From the NCBI GenBank assembly GCA_938045545.1, contig CALIBN010000007.1, positions 88,421 through 152,420 on the forward strand: 64,000 nucleotides of DNA, given 5' to 3'. This DNA comes from an uncultured archaeon (GTDB lineage: Archaea; Thermoproteota; EX4484-205; JAAOZP01). The translations under genes were made by a program, and so were the position numbers. Below the pieces are notes generated by a model, which was not told where the DNA came from, did no database searches, and saw only the letters and a list, made by a program, of their open reading frames with translations. Positions 38,452 to 48,479 of this stretch are shown here, piece after piece; positions within the stretch are counted from its first letter, which is position 1, and every line of letters begins with the position of its first letter.

Positions 38452-41379
38452 CTAAAGTATTTTTAAAGTGATTATTTCCCTGTTGCAATAAGTAAACTCT
38501 AAGCAATTTCTATATGCCTTAACATCCCTGTCAACCTCGTTTAATTCAAGCAGATCTAGGGATTCTACGCTCCGCACCTTGGTGGAAAGGTCGATACGCG
38601 TCCTACCCCTCGCATTATAGAACTCGTAAAGCCTTAAAACAATACCGTCCCCATCCTCTGCTGCTTTCACAGCCTCCAGCATCAGGTTGTCAGAGCCTAT
38701 TTTCAAGAAGCTTTTACTGTTTTTCTTCCCCGTAACCACCCTCAATGGAACATTGAGCTCGTATGCCCTCCTTAATACTCCTGCATCCTTCCAGTCTCCA
38801 ACATGAGGGTATATGGAGTAGGTGAAGACTGTTTCCTCAAGGTCTGTCGAGGGGTCTGGAAAAACAGGTGTTCTTGTGAGCGAAAGCCCTATTGAAGAGC
38901 CTTCTATAGAGACCCCGTATTTCCCATCGTTCAACAACGCTACACCATAGCTGTGCTCAGAAAGATCAACCATTTTCTGCATCGCCACCTCGTATTTCGC
39001 CTTCTCCCACGAAGTATTCCTAGTTGTAGGTCTTTCAGTAACTCCGAATGGAACGTCTGAAACAGCCTTCTCCGTGTTCACGTCGAAGTCAAACCAGGTT
39101 TTAACCAGCAGCTCCCTATCCCTCATGTTAATAGTGGTTTTGAAATCAATCCTTCTAGAGTCCGAGAAGATTCTAACCTCCTGTTTGATCTCAGACCTTC
39201 TGAACGGATAAATAAAGCATATGGACACCATTAACGGGCCTTTGCAGGCAATCCAACTCCTCGAGGCAGTTATTTCGAAAGAGGTTTCCTTATAACCCTT
39301 TTCGATATTCCAAGCATCAGCCCACCCCGGGATATTCTCGTAAGCAACAAGCTTGTTCCCAGGGTTTTTCAAAACTTCTCTACAGGCTTCCTTATCCAAT
39401 ATGGAAATAAGCCTTCCATTTTTCGAAACCCTTATCGTGAAAAACTTGTTCTCAACCAAGTAGGAATCATCTTCCTCCGTAATCCCCACGTGAGACGCTG
39501 GAGCCATGTTGAGCGGGGCATAACCGAGTGAGGGTGCTCTCACCCTCAGCAAGAAGCCTTCGGGAATCTTCTGAGAGCCCTCAACTTCCTCTTCTAGAAT
39601 AACGTAGTCCTCCCTGTCCCAGGGCAGAGAGTTGAAAACCAGTTTCGAGCGTCCTTCTCCCGCTATTTTGCTCAAGGCTTCTCCAGCAATCCTCTCCGCC
39701 TCAGAGACCACTTTTTCAAGCTCAGGATAAGCCTCGCTATAAACCTCCCTTATAGAGGAGCCCGGCAGGACATCGTGAAACTGGTTTTTAAGCAGGGTTT
39801 TCCAAAGCCTTGAAAACTTTTCCCTATCATAGGTTCCGGCAAAAGTTGCCCATGTTTCCGCCTCCCTTAAAGACAGCTCCGCCCTCCTGTTTAAAAGCTT
39901 CATCTTAGAATGAGAAGTGAAAACACCCCTGTGATCCTCAAGATAGAGCTCCCCTCTCCATTCTTCAGAAACAGGTTCGTGCACTATTGCTTCCAATGAT
40001 CCTTTAAGCTCCACCCTAGGTAAGATCGGGAGCGAGCCTACCGCCTCCGCTCTCAAAAGCATTTCTTCAGTAGGGCCGCCTCCACCGTCTCCATAGCCGT
40101 AAGAGTAAAGCATAGGGTGATCCTTGTTAACCCAGTTTTGCCACTGCTCGTAAACACTGTCTGCTGTGAAATCAGAATTGTAGCCACCCTTCCCGTGGCC
40201 GAATGCAACTGCCTTAAGCCTGCTGTTGTCTGGGCCGATCCAGAGGAACACGTTGTAGGGGAAAGTATTCGTATCATTCCAGAATACCTTATGGGTTGCG
40301 AAAACCTTAACGCCTCCAAGCCTGGCTGCCTGGGGAAGTGTAGGTGAAAATCCGAAAGTGTCTGGAAGCCAGAGCACCTCGGCGGTCCTTCCGAAATTCT
40401 CAATGTAAAACCTTTGAGAATATAAGAGTTGTCTAGCAAGCGATTCGCCGGATATCATTTGAGTGTCGAACTCCACCCAGCCTGCTCCAAGTATCCACTT
40501 CCCCTCTGTGATTTTCTCCCTGACTCTCTCGAAGATCGAAGGCTCATCGCTCTTGATCCAGTCGTAATATATGGCAGCGCTCTGAATATACTTAAAATCA
40601 TAATGCTCCATCAGAGTTAACAATGTGGAAAATGTTCTGAAAACCTTTCTCTTAGTCTCCTCGAAGGGCCAGAGCCACGCGGTGTCGATGTGTGCGTGAG
40701 CAAGCGCAACCATGTCTCCCCTCTTACCGTATTTTTCAACAAGATTTTTCAGACTATTCTTAAGCAGGCTGAGAGCCCTCCCGTATTTTTCCAGACCCTG
40801 CTCCTCGAAGAAAATCGGGGCAATATCGTCGGACAATAATCTTGGAACACTATCGAGCCCTCCTATCATCGCCTTGAAAGCAGTGGCTAAGGAAACCTGC
40901 TCTTTAGAAACAGTTTCAAAAGGTGCTTCTCTGAGAGCGTTGCTCAACACCCTTAGAAGATCCTGCTTAAGCTCCTCATCCTTAGTTGCGCGAATCAGCT
41001 CTAAAATGGATCTTCCATAAGCCCAGAGCCTTAAAGCCTCCATGTTTCTGTTTACGCCAACAGGCTTGCCCGGGTGAACATCCACTTTTTCACCGAAAGC
41101 GAGGAAAGGTGAGAACTCGGCTTCCACCAGGTGATTGCCCTCCGGTATCGGTATGGCGTAATGATACCCGTCGAGGGAGAAATATGGTTTCGAATCCAGT
41201 TTTACCAATGCAGAACCCTTGTACTCCAGCACTACGAGCTGAAAGTTTTCCCCCGCGGCGTTTAAAGCTATTTTCGCCCTGTTATTATCGAAAGAATCCC
41301 ATTCGAGCATTATGATGTTCCTAAAGGAGGCGGCGTGCAAGAGGGCGAGTCTTGCTTCAAGTTCTTGAATAGTCCGCAT
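38452..41379 (-). CDS. GH38 alpha-mannosidase
   Basis: HAHIDTAWLWP, WLPDTFG (nucleophile Asp), YGYGDGGGGP, NQFHDVLPGSSI, LLNDGKYG. Confidence 0.95.
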   Translation of the reverse strand: MRTIQELEARLALLHAASFRNIIMLEWDSFDNNRAKIALNAAGENFQLVVLEYKGSALVKLDSKPYFSLDGYHYAIPIPEGNHLVEAEFSPFLAFGEKVDVHPGKPVGVNRNMEALRLWAYGRSILELIRATKDEELKQDLLRVLSNALREAPFETVSKEQVSLATAFKAMIGGLDSVPRLLSDDIAPIFFEEQGLEKYGRALSLLKNSLKNLVEKYGKRGDMVALAHAHIDTAWLWPFEETKRKVFRTFSTLLTLMEHYDFKYIQSAAIYYDWIKSDEPSIFERVREKITEGKWILGAGWVEFDTQMISGESLARQLLYSQRFYIENFGRTAEVLWLPDTFGFSPTLPQAARLGGVKVFATHKVFWNDTNTFPYNVFLWIGPDNSRLKAVAFGHGKGGYNSDFTADSVYEQWQNWVNKDHPMLYSYGYGDGGGGPTEEMLLRAEAVGSLPILPRVELKGSLEAIVHEPVSEEWRGELYLEDHRGVFTSHSKMKLLNRRAELSLREAETWATFAGTYDREKFSRLWKTLLKNQFHDVLPGSSIREVYSEAYPELEKVVSEAERIAGEALSKIAGEGRSKLVFNSLPWDREDYVILEEEVEGSQKIPEGFLLRVRAPSLGYAPLNMAPASHVGITEEDDSYLVENKFFTIRVSKNGRLISILDKEACREVLKNPGNKLVAYENIPGWADAWNIEKGYKETSFEITASRSWIACKGPLMVSICFIYPFRRSEIKQEVRIFSDSRRIDFKTTINMRDRELLVKTWFDFDVNTEKAVSDVPFGVTERPTTRNTSWEKAKYEVAMQKMVDLSEHSYGVALLNDGKYGVSIEGSSIGLSLTRTPVFPDPSTDLEETVFTYSIYPHVGDWKDAGVLRRAYELNVPLRVVTGKKNSKSFLKIGSDNLMLEAVKAAEDGDGIVLRLYEFYNARGRTRIDLSTKVRSVESLDLLELNEVDRDVKAYRNCLEFTYCNREIITLKIL

Positions 41380-41441
41380 GAGGCCCCTCAGTTGCAGGAT
41401 TTATATAAATCTTTTGAGAGTAGCCCATGCTAGCTGCTTTA

Positions 41442-42215
41442 TTATTCTCTTATGAAATGGCCTGCCCCCACTCTAAACATTCTCATGGGTTCTACGCATC
41501 TTCCTTTTTTCCTATTCTTTCTCCTCAAGTTTCTAACCAACTCCTTTTTCACTTCCTCTAAACCCTTCTTCGTAAGATCCACCGGAAACGATAAGGACAG
41601 TTGGCTCTCATGTCTCATGATTGCCTCAGCTTTCTTATCTACATGTTTGGCGATGTCGATGAAAAGATTTGGGCTATCCGTAGCGAACAAGAGTATGAAA
41701 TCAGGCTTATGAGCTTCAATTCCTGAAAGAATTTGCTCCTTGTAGAAGTTCGGCATGCCAGCGAAAACCGTCGCCTCCGAAGCCATAAGTCCAGTAACCC
41801 TGTGGTCAGGATGTATTTCGTAAGGAAGCCAAGCGTCCAGCGTCATGACAATTTTCGGCTTAACCGTTCTTATTATTTCAATAAGCCTCCCTCTTAATTC
41901 GAGAGAAGGATATAGGTCGCCATCAGGATATCCTAGGAAGAACAGGTCCTTTACGCCAAGCACATCTGCCGCGGCCCTCTGCTCCCTCCTCCTAGTCTCG
42001 CTTAAAACCTTAGGATCTACGTTCACGTCGAAAGTTCCCTTGCTTCCATCAGTCACAGTAGCGTAATTTACAACGCATCCTTCTTCAACCATCCTCGCTA
42101 TGGTTCCGCCAACATAGTACTCCGCATCGTCAGGATGAGCTTGAATAACTAAGACTATGTCTCCTTTCCCCCATATCTTTTTTGATCCGGCTCTCGCCAT
42201 GACTGTGGCGGGCAT
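41442..42215 (-). CDS. PIG-L/LmbE-family N-acetylhexosamine deacetylase
   Basis: AHPDDAE, TDGSKG, RRREQRAA, HPDH, HESQ. Confidence 0.92.
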   Translation of the reverse strand: MPATVMARAGSKKIWGKGDIVLVIQAHPDDAEYYVGGTIARMVEEGCVVNYATVTDGSKGTFDVNVDPKVLSETRRREQRAAADVLGVKDLFFLGYPDGDLYPSLELRGRLIEIIRTVKPKIVMTLDAWLPYEIHPDHRVTGLMASEATVFAGMPNFYKEQILSGIEAHKPDFILLFATDSPNLFIDIAKHVDKKAEAIMRHESQLSLSFPVDLTKKGLEEVKKELVRNLRRKNRKKGRCVEPMRMFRVGAGHFIRE

Positions 42216-42284
42216 AAGGCAAGTAAAAAATCTTCCGCCGATGGCTGAAAATATGCTTAAATAAGACTGTAAAAGCGAAAAACC

Positions 42285-44228
42285 ATGGGAAGGCTAATAC
42301 TGTGTTGTTCGCCTGAAAACGACCTGCACATGATACTCGGCGAAACCGGAAAACCCTTGTCACGTCATGACTGCTTAAACAAGGCGGTTGACAATGCTTC
42401 TCACGGTGACGGGGTACTTGCCCTATCCGACTCGTATCCTGTTTCAAGGCTTAGGTTGGAGCCAACTCTGCTGGAAAAGATTGAAGAAAAGGATTTAAAG
42501 CTCTACGTAGAGTATCCATTAGCTCTTCCTGGTATTGTGTTCGGTGAGCCGAGGACTGTGGAGTGGGAAAGACTGGTTGTCACATCCAGGTTTTTCGAAC
42601 CGGAGCTCCCTCGCATGAGCATATTGAACATGCATGACTGCTGGTTCCTGCCTGTTGAAGAAATGGACTCTCACCTAATGCTGGCGAAGGTTGCAGGATA
42701 CGATAAAGCGGTTTTCGGCCTTCCTGAGGACTCGCATCCCGTTCTCTTCGAGCATTCTAAAAACATAATGGTTTCAACAAGTAAGCTGAGCCAGTTTAGA
42801 ACAGGAAGATACGCCCCCAGCGTGGCTTGGAAGCAGGTGTGGATCAAGCTGTTGAAATGGTTAACTGGAGAAACATATGATTTATCCTGGGTCCCGACGG
42901 TTAGAACAGCATTTGGAAAAAGCGAACCGTTGCCCGCGCATGTTGAGAAAGAGGCTTACAGGAGGTCTGTAGAATGGTTCCGTAAACATGTTCTCTTCAG
43001 CGTTGAGAGAAACAGGGGGGTGATTGAGGGATACCAATCCAATATAGATTACGAGGGGCATCAGCTTAAGAGGGTGCTGATACGTTCAGACTGCTTGGCT
43101 GAGGCAGCCATGGTGTTCGCCTACGACTGGAGGCTAACAGGAAACCCGAGGAGCAGGCTGATTGCCACCAGGATCCTCGACTACGTATGGTCCTTTCAAC
43201 AGTCTGAAAAGAACAGTCCCGCATACGGATTGGTAAACTGGATGGAGGGGCTCCCCGTCTTCTACGGGGATGACAATGCGAGAGTAATTCTTTCAACGCT
43301 TTCAGCCAGCAACAGTCTAGGGGAGGACAGGTGGGATAGACCCCTAGCCCTCTGTCTTCTCGCAAACCTTAGGACGACTGGCCCACTGGGGTTCAGAAGG
43401 AACAGGATCGACCTCCCGGACCTGGTTGGAAACGGTTGGGAATACTACTGGAAAAACCCTATCACCTCTTATTCTCCGCACTACCAGGCCTATCTCTGGG
43501 CTTGTTTCCTATGGGGTTTCCTACTAACCGGGTGCCAGGGTTTCCTTGAGAAAACTGTCAACGCGATCCGGATGACTGTTGAGAAATACCCGGATTGGAG
43601 GTGGACGAATGGGCTTACCCAAGAACTCGCCAGGATGACTCTGCCTTTAGCATTCCTGATTCGGGTTGAAGATAATCCTGAACACCGGGAGTGGGTTGAT
43701 AAAATAGGCGGGGAACTCGTCTCCCAGCAGCAGTCTTGTGGCGCTATTAGAGAACTGCTGGGCCCCGAGGGGAAGGGGCAGTACCCGCCGCCCAGCTCAA
43801 ACGAGCAGTATGGCACGACGGAGGCTCCGGTAATCCAGGAGAACGGGGATCCGGCGTGCGACCTGCTTTACACCTCCAACTTTGCTTTTCTCGGCTTACA
43901 CGAGCTGGCTTCCGCATGCGAAAGCCTAAGGTTTAAACAGGCGGAAGACCGGTTGGCAGAATTCCTATGCAGGATACAGCTTCGTTCAGAAGACCACCCT
44001 TATTTAGAGGGCTGCTGGATGCGGAGTTTCGACTACGAGAAATGGGAGTACTGGGGAAGCTCGTCGGACACAGGCTGGGGCGCGTGGAGCGTTGAATCAG
44101 GCTGGACGAGCAGCTGGATTACTGCCGTCTTTGCAATGCGTCTGCTTAATGAGTCCCTCTTTAACCTTAAAAGGAGGAGCGAGTTTAAACAAGAGTTTGA
44201 AGAGGTCTTCAACACCATGTTACCGTGA
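42285..44228 (+). CDS. Uncharacterized protein with probable C-terminal (alpha/alpha)6 toroid
   Basis: 647 aa, soluble; Trp/Tyr-rich helical repeats with acidic motifs RSDC, YGDDNAR, WTNGLTQE, DLLYTSNFA, ESGWT. The fold is an inference. Confidence 0.5.
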   Translation: MGRLILCCSPENDLHMILGETGKPLSRHDCLNKAVDNASHGDGVLALSDSYPVSRLRLEPTLLEKIEEKDLKLYVEYPLALPGIVFGEPRTVEWERLVVTSRFFEPELPRMSILNMHDCWFLPVEEMDSHLMLAKVAGYDKAVFGLPEDSHPVLFEHSKNIMVSTSKLSQFRTGRYAPSVAWKQVWIKLLKWLTGETYDLSWVPTVRTAFGKSEPLPAHVEKEAYRRSVEWFRKHVLFSVERNRGVIEGYQSNIDYEGHQLKRVLIRSDCLAEAAMVFAYDWRLTGNPRSRLIATRILDYVWSFQQSEKNSPAYGLVNWMEGLPVFYGDDNARVILSTLSASNSLGEDRWDRPLALCLLANLRTTGPLGFRRNRIDLPDLVGNGWEYYWKNPITSYSPHYQAYLWACFLWGFLLTGCQGFLEKTVNAIRMTVEKYPDWRWTNGLTQELARMTLPLAFLIRVEDNPEHREWVDKIGGELVSQQQSCGAIRELLGPEGKGQYPPPSSNEQYGTTEAPVIQENGDPACDLLYTSNFAFLGLHELASACESLRFKQAEDRLAEFLCRIQLRSEDHPYLEGCWMRSFDYEKWEYWGSSSDTGWGAWSVESGWTSSWITAVFAMRLLNESLFNLKRRSEFKQEFEEVFNTMLP

Positions 44229-44250
44229 GAAGAATAGTGTTCAACGGAGT

Positions 44251-45579
44251 CTATTTCAACGATACTCTTGCAGCAACTATTAAAGGATCCCAAACAGGGT
44301 TGAAAGGCGGAGCATAGGGTAAGTCTGAGAAGACGAGTTGTTTCGGAGTAAACCTGTTCATGATTGCCAGCGTTAATGCCGCGATCCTTCCCCAAACACC
44401 CTCGTAACCAACTACCTGCCCGCCTATGATTACATTGCTAGACTTCTCAAGGATCAGCTTAACCCATAGATCCCTGCCACCCGGATAGTAGCCGGCTCTT
44501 GACCTCGCCTTAATTAAGACACTCTTTGTTTCAACACCATACTTCTTAGCCTCCTCCTCTCCCAAGCCTGTTCTGCCTATTTCAAGGTCGAAAACTTTGG
44601 TGATGGCGCTCCCAACCACGCCTGGGAACTCCTCGCTTCCACCCGCCGCGTTAGCACCCGCAACATACCCCATTTTGTTAGCGGTTTGAGCCAGAGGAAT
44701 ATAGACAGGCTGGTTTAACACTATATGGTTCGCCTCACTATTGTCGCCCGCAGCGAAAACTCCCTTCACGCTGGTCTCCATCCTGCTGTTAGTCTTTATC
44801 GCCCCGCTTTCACCGAGCTCGACACCGATTCTCTTGGCTAAGGCAACATTCGGCTTCACGCCGACAGCAATGACTGCAAGATCCGTTTCGTATTCAACAT
44901 CCTCGGTAACAACCTTTTCAACCCTCCCGTCCCCCTTTAAGCCGACAACCCTCTTATTCAACTCAAGCCTGACACCATTCTTTTTAAGCTCCCGGCTTAC
45001 TATCTCGGCCAACTCAGGGTCGATATTGGGCATTGGACGCGGCAGAAGCTCGAGGACAGTAACCTCTCTGCCCGCTCTTTTAAAGTTCTCGGCCAGCTCA
45101 AGCCCTATGTAGCCAGCACCAATTATCGTCACTCTCTTTGAGCGAGCAAGGTCTTCCTTCAGCTTAACTGCGCCATCCAGGAAGCGAACAGTGTAAACGC
45201 CGTTAAGACCCAACCCCTCAATTTTAGGAACAACAGGCCTAGCCCCGGTGGCTAGAACAAGAGTATCAAACCCAACCTCCCTTTCCTCGCCTTTTTCAGA
45301 AACGTAAACCACCCTTTTCGAAGAAACGTTAATGTCCTTAACGTAAGAGTTTGTAAGGACTTCCACCTTTCTGCTTCTCCTAAACTCCTCGGGAGTATAT
45401 GTTACTAGTCTCGAAACATCTTCGACGAGACCTCCTAGATAATAGGGTATTCCGCAGGAACCATAGGAAACATGTCTCGAAGCCTCTAACAGGGTTATGT
45501 CTGCAGTAGGATTAACTCTCCTAGCGCTTGCCGCCGCAGCCATGCCGGCAGCCCCGCCTCCAATCACTACTATTTTCAA
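44251..45579 (-). CDS. cdr: CoA-disulfide reductase / NADH oxidase family flavoprotein
   Basis: GGGAAG, SYGSCGIPY redox Cys, GAGYIG, AAGD, YAPPF. Confidence 0.9.
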   Translation of the reverse strand: MKIVVIGGGAAGMAAAASARRVNPTADITLLEASRHVSYGSCGIPYYLGGLVEDVSRLVTYTPEEFRRSRKVEVLTNSYVKDINVSSKRVVYVSEKGEEREVGFDTLVLATGARPVVPKIEGLGLNGVYTVRFLDGAVKLKEDLARSKRVTIIGAGYIGLELAENFKRAGREVTVLELLPRPMPNIDPELAEIVSRELKKNGVRLELNKRVVGLKGDGRVEKVVTEDVEYETDLAVIAVGVKPNVALAKRIGVELGESGAIKTNSRMETSVKGVFAAGDNSEANHIVLNQPVYIPLAQTANKMGYVAGANAAGGSEEFPGVVGSAITKVFDLEIGRTGLGEEEAKKYGVETKSVLIKARSRAGYYPGGRDLWVKLILEKSSNVIIGGQVVGYEGVWGRIAALTLAIMNRFTPKQLVFSDLPYAPPFNPVWDPLIVAARVSLK

Positions 45580-45836
45580 ACTATTGCTTCCGGCAATTGT
45601 TTATCCGGTTACTATTAAGTTTTAATCGAATTTCAAACTTAAATATCTTGATGCTTAAACAAGATTCGCCTTTTTTCATAAAGCTTTTAGACGCCTCTAC
45701 AAATGCTACTATGCTTTCCTCTCGAGTTGCTACCATATGTCGCGTCCCTGCTTGAAAGCCAGCGGTTATTTAGAATTAATATTATGCTGGTTCTTAGAAT
45801 AAACTTAATAAATAAGTATTGGCGAAAAAAACGTAA

Positions 45837-46955
45837 ATGGCTCCTATTATAAGATGTTTGAAGCTTGAGGAATGGGATGTCTTCATGAGGTTTCTCGAAA
45901 GATGCTATGGACATTCAAGAAACTATTTCCCCCACTATTATCCGCAGCTCTACAGGCGGGAAGAGGAGGCCTTATCCTCATTCATTGTTGCTGAAGAGGA
46001 TGGGAAAATAGTTTCCCACGTTGGGCTGTTTCCTCTGGAGCTGGTTAGCCTTGGTACCCGTGTAACTGCTGGAGGGATTGGGGGCGTTGCCACCTTACCG
46101 GAGGAGAGGAATAAGGGATACATGTCCATGCTGTTAAAGCATGCGGGCAGTGTTATGAAGCGGAAGGGCTTGCCATTATCAGTCCTCTGGGGGGATAGGC
46201 AGAGATACTATCCTTTCGGATGGGATATCGCTGGAGTAAAATACTTGTTGACAATAACCACCCGCTCTCTTGAACGGGCTGGGGTGAAGCCTGTTGCGGT
46301 CGAGGAGGTTTCTCCCGAGGATGCTATTTCCAAGGTGGAGAGCATTCACAGTTCTCTTAAAATGAGGGTTGAACGGAAAAACCACATTCTAACCTTGAAG
46401 AAACAGGGGGTAAGAATATGGTTGGCAAACGAGGGATACGTTATTTCCTCCGGAGAAATCGGCCCGCCCAAGATACTTGAAGTCGTTTCGAAAGAAGGAA
46501 GAGAGCCGGAACTAGTTATGGGTGTTATGGAACGCTGTTTCGGAGATTCTGCCTCCGTGGAGGTTAACGCGTTTGATGTGGAGCGGCTTGAACGCTTGCT
46601 TAACGCAGCCTCATACTGGGAAATAGTTCCCGAAGGACTGTTTAGGATTATTGATGTAACAAGCTTGCTTAAAGCTTTCGAAAAAGTTCTGTCAAGCAGG
46701 GCAGAGATGCTGAAGGACTGCGAACTCTCCCTCGGGTTAAAGCTTGGCGATAATGTTGACACTACAACGATCTTCGTGAATAATGGTAGAGTTAATGTTG
46801 AAAAAGGCAGGCTTTCGAAAAACTATGTTGAGCTTGATGAGCGCGAGGCTGTACGCATATTTCTAGGAGGCACCCCGCCAAACATCAAGAAATTAGGAGA
46901 ATTGAGTATGCTGCTTCCATTACCGGTACACGTCCCGTCTCTAGATCACGTGTGA
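45837..46955 (+). CDS. Eis-like GNAT acetyltransferase with C-terminal SCP2-like domain
   Basis: GIGGVATLPEERNKGYM acetyl-CoA motif, YYPFGW, FRIIDV. Confidence 0.82.
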   Translation: MAPIIRCLKLEEWDVFMRFLERCYGHSRNYFPHYYPQLYRREEEALSSFIVAEEDGKIVSHVGLFPLELVSLGTRVTAGGIGGVATLPEERNKGYMSMLLKHAGSVMKRKGLPLSVLWGDRQRYYPFGWDIAGVKYLLTITTRSLERAGVKPVAVEEVSPEDAISKVESIHSSLKMRVERKNHILTLKKQGVRIWLANEGYVISSGEIGPPKILEVVSKEGREPELVMGVMERCFGDSASVEVNAFDVERLERLLNAASYWEIVPEGLFRIIDVTSLLKAFEKVLSSRAEMLKDCELSLGLKLGDNVDTTTIFVNNGRVNVEKGRLSKNYVELDEREAVRIFLGGTPPNIKKLGELSMLLPLPVHVPSLDHV

Positions 46956-47352
46956 AAACCAGCCTAGGCTGTTGATTTAAAAGCTGCACAGCCAGGTCTG
47001 GCGAGAAGGAAGCCAGATCTCAATAGCTCCTGCAAGCCTAATGTTTACTAAAAACCTTCTTGAAACATATCGAGAAGAGGATGGCGGTGCGTATCGGAAA
47101 GCTGATCGAACAATAGAGTTTTGTAGAAACACATGGTTTAGCTCGACTTTCAACTATCCTCTTAATTTAAAACTGAAACAAGCTTGCTACCATTAAGTTA
47201 ATAAATAAGCGAGGGCTGTTTTTCGAAGTAAGCACCATGAATGAGAACATAATGAAAAGATGCTTTGAGGAAATTCCTACCACGATAAGTGCGGCTAGGA
47301 GAAGGTTAGCAGGCCCAATAAGATCAACAATACAGGACGAGCCTGCTAGTAG

Positions 47353-48414
47353 GTGGCGACTTTGAATAGGGTTGAAAGAGTCTATCGCGCTTTAAAGATT
47401 GAGGAGGCTGATAAAGTACCTAAAGGAGAACTGGGAATACATGACGAGCTTGTCTCCGCGCTTTTAGGCGAACCTGTTGGGAGCTCGTTTGAGGCTCACG
47501 TAAGGGTTCGGGAATTGCTTAACATGGATCTGGTGAACCTAGGGTTGGAAGGTGGGCCTAGGACTGAGTGCATAGGCGTGACGAAGGAGGGTTATCCGAT
47601 ATACAGGAACTGGCTTGGAGCGGAATGGGTTGAAAGTGGAAAAACGCAACGCTACTTGAAATACGCTCTTTCCACCGTAGAGGAGATGGAACAATTTCAC
47701 ATGCCCGACATAAGCCTATTCAACGCTTCAAGAATAAGGAAGTGGGTTGAGCAGACCGATTTCTGCGTGTTTGCTCAAGTAGGCGGGGTATTCGACTCGA
47801 TTTACCCTTACATGGGTTTGACGAACTATGTTAAAGCACTCTACCTATATCCCAATGCTTTGAAGCATGTGATTGAAGAAGTCTATAGGTTTAACTTGGA
47901 GGTTATAAAAATGTTTGCTGAAACAGGGGCACACGTAATACTGGTCGGCGACGATATAGCATATGATAACGGCCCCTTTCTACCTCCGAGTCTTCTCAGG
48001 AAATACGTTTTTCCATATTTGGCCGGCGAGGCTGAGGCTGCACATCGGCTTAATCTTCCAGTTATACTACATTCGGACGGTAATATCACGCCATTAATGG
48101 AGGACATTGTTAAGGCTGGCTTCGATGGTCTACAGAGTCTTCAACCAAACGCTGGCGTTAACATAGTTGAGATTAAGAAGCGTTGGGGAAGCAGGCTGTG
48201 TTTAATGGGAAACGTTGACTTGGACTATCTGCTGCCGCTCGGTAAGCCTGAGGATGTAGAGGCAGAGGTTAAAAGGCTAATGCGTGAGGTGGCTCCTGGT
48301 GGAGGCTATATTTTAAGCACGACTAATGTGTTGACAAGATATGTGCCGCCTGAAAACGCTTTAGCGATGTACGGGGCTGCTGAGAAGTACGGCAAGTATC
48401 CAATTAATATTTAA
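47353..48414 (+). CDS. URO-D superfamily protein
   Basis: ERVYRALKIEEADKVP, GDDIAYDNGPFLPP, HSDGN, LCLMGNVD, PGGGYIL. Confidence 0.88.
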   Translation: MATLNRVERVYRALKIEEADKVPKGELGIHDELVSALLGEPVGSSFEAHVRVRELLNMDLVNLGLEGGPRTECIGVTKEGYPIYRNWLGAEWVESGKTQRYLKYALSTVEEMEQFHMPDISLFNASRIRKWVEQTDFCVFAQVGGVFDSIYPYMGLTNYVKALYLYPNALKHVIEEVYRFNLEVIKMFAETGAHVILVGDDIAYDNGPFLPPSLLRKYVFPYLAGEAEAAHRLNLPVILHSDGNITPLMEDIVKAGFDGLQSLQPNAGVNIVEIKKRWGSRLCLMGNVDLDYLLPLGKPEDVEAEVKRLMREVAPGGGYILSTTNVLTRYVPPENALAMYGAAEKYGKYPINI

Positions 48415-48479
48415 CATAAAAATCGGGTCAAAACCCTCTTACTCAAACTTTATATATGTAAGCACGTTTTTGCAGGCCG

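Noticed and set aside
46956-47352. About 400-bp gap, possible ncRNA or gene remnant
   Set aside because: I could not find a recognisable structure, repeat or protein motif by eye.
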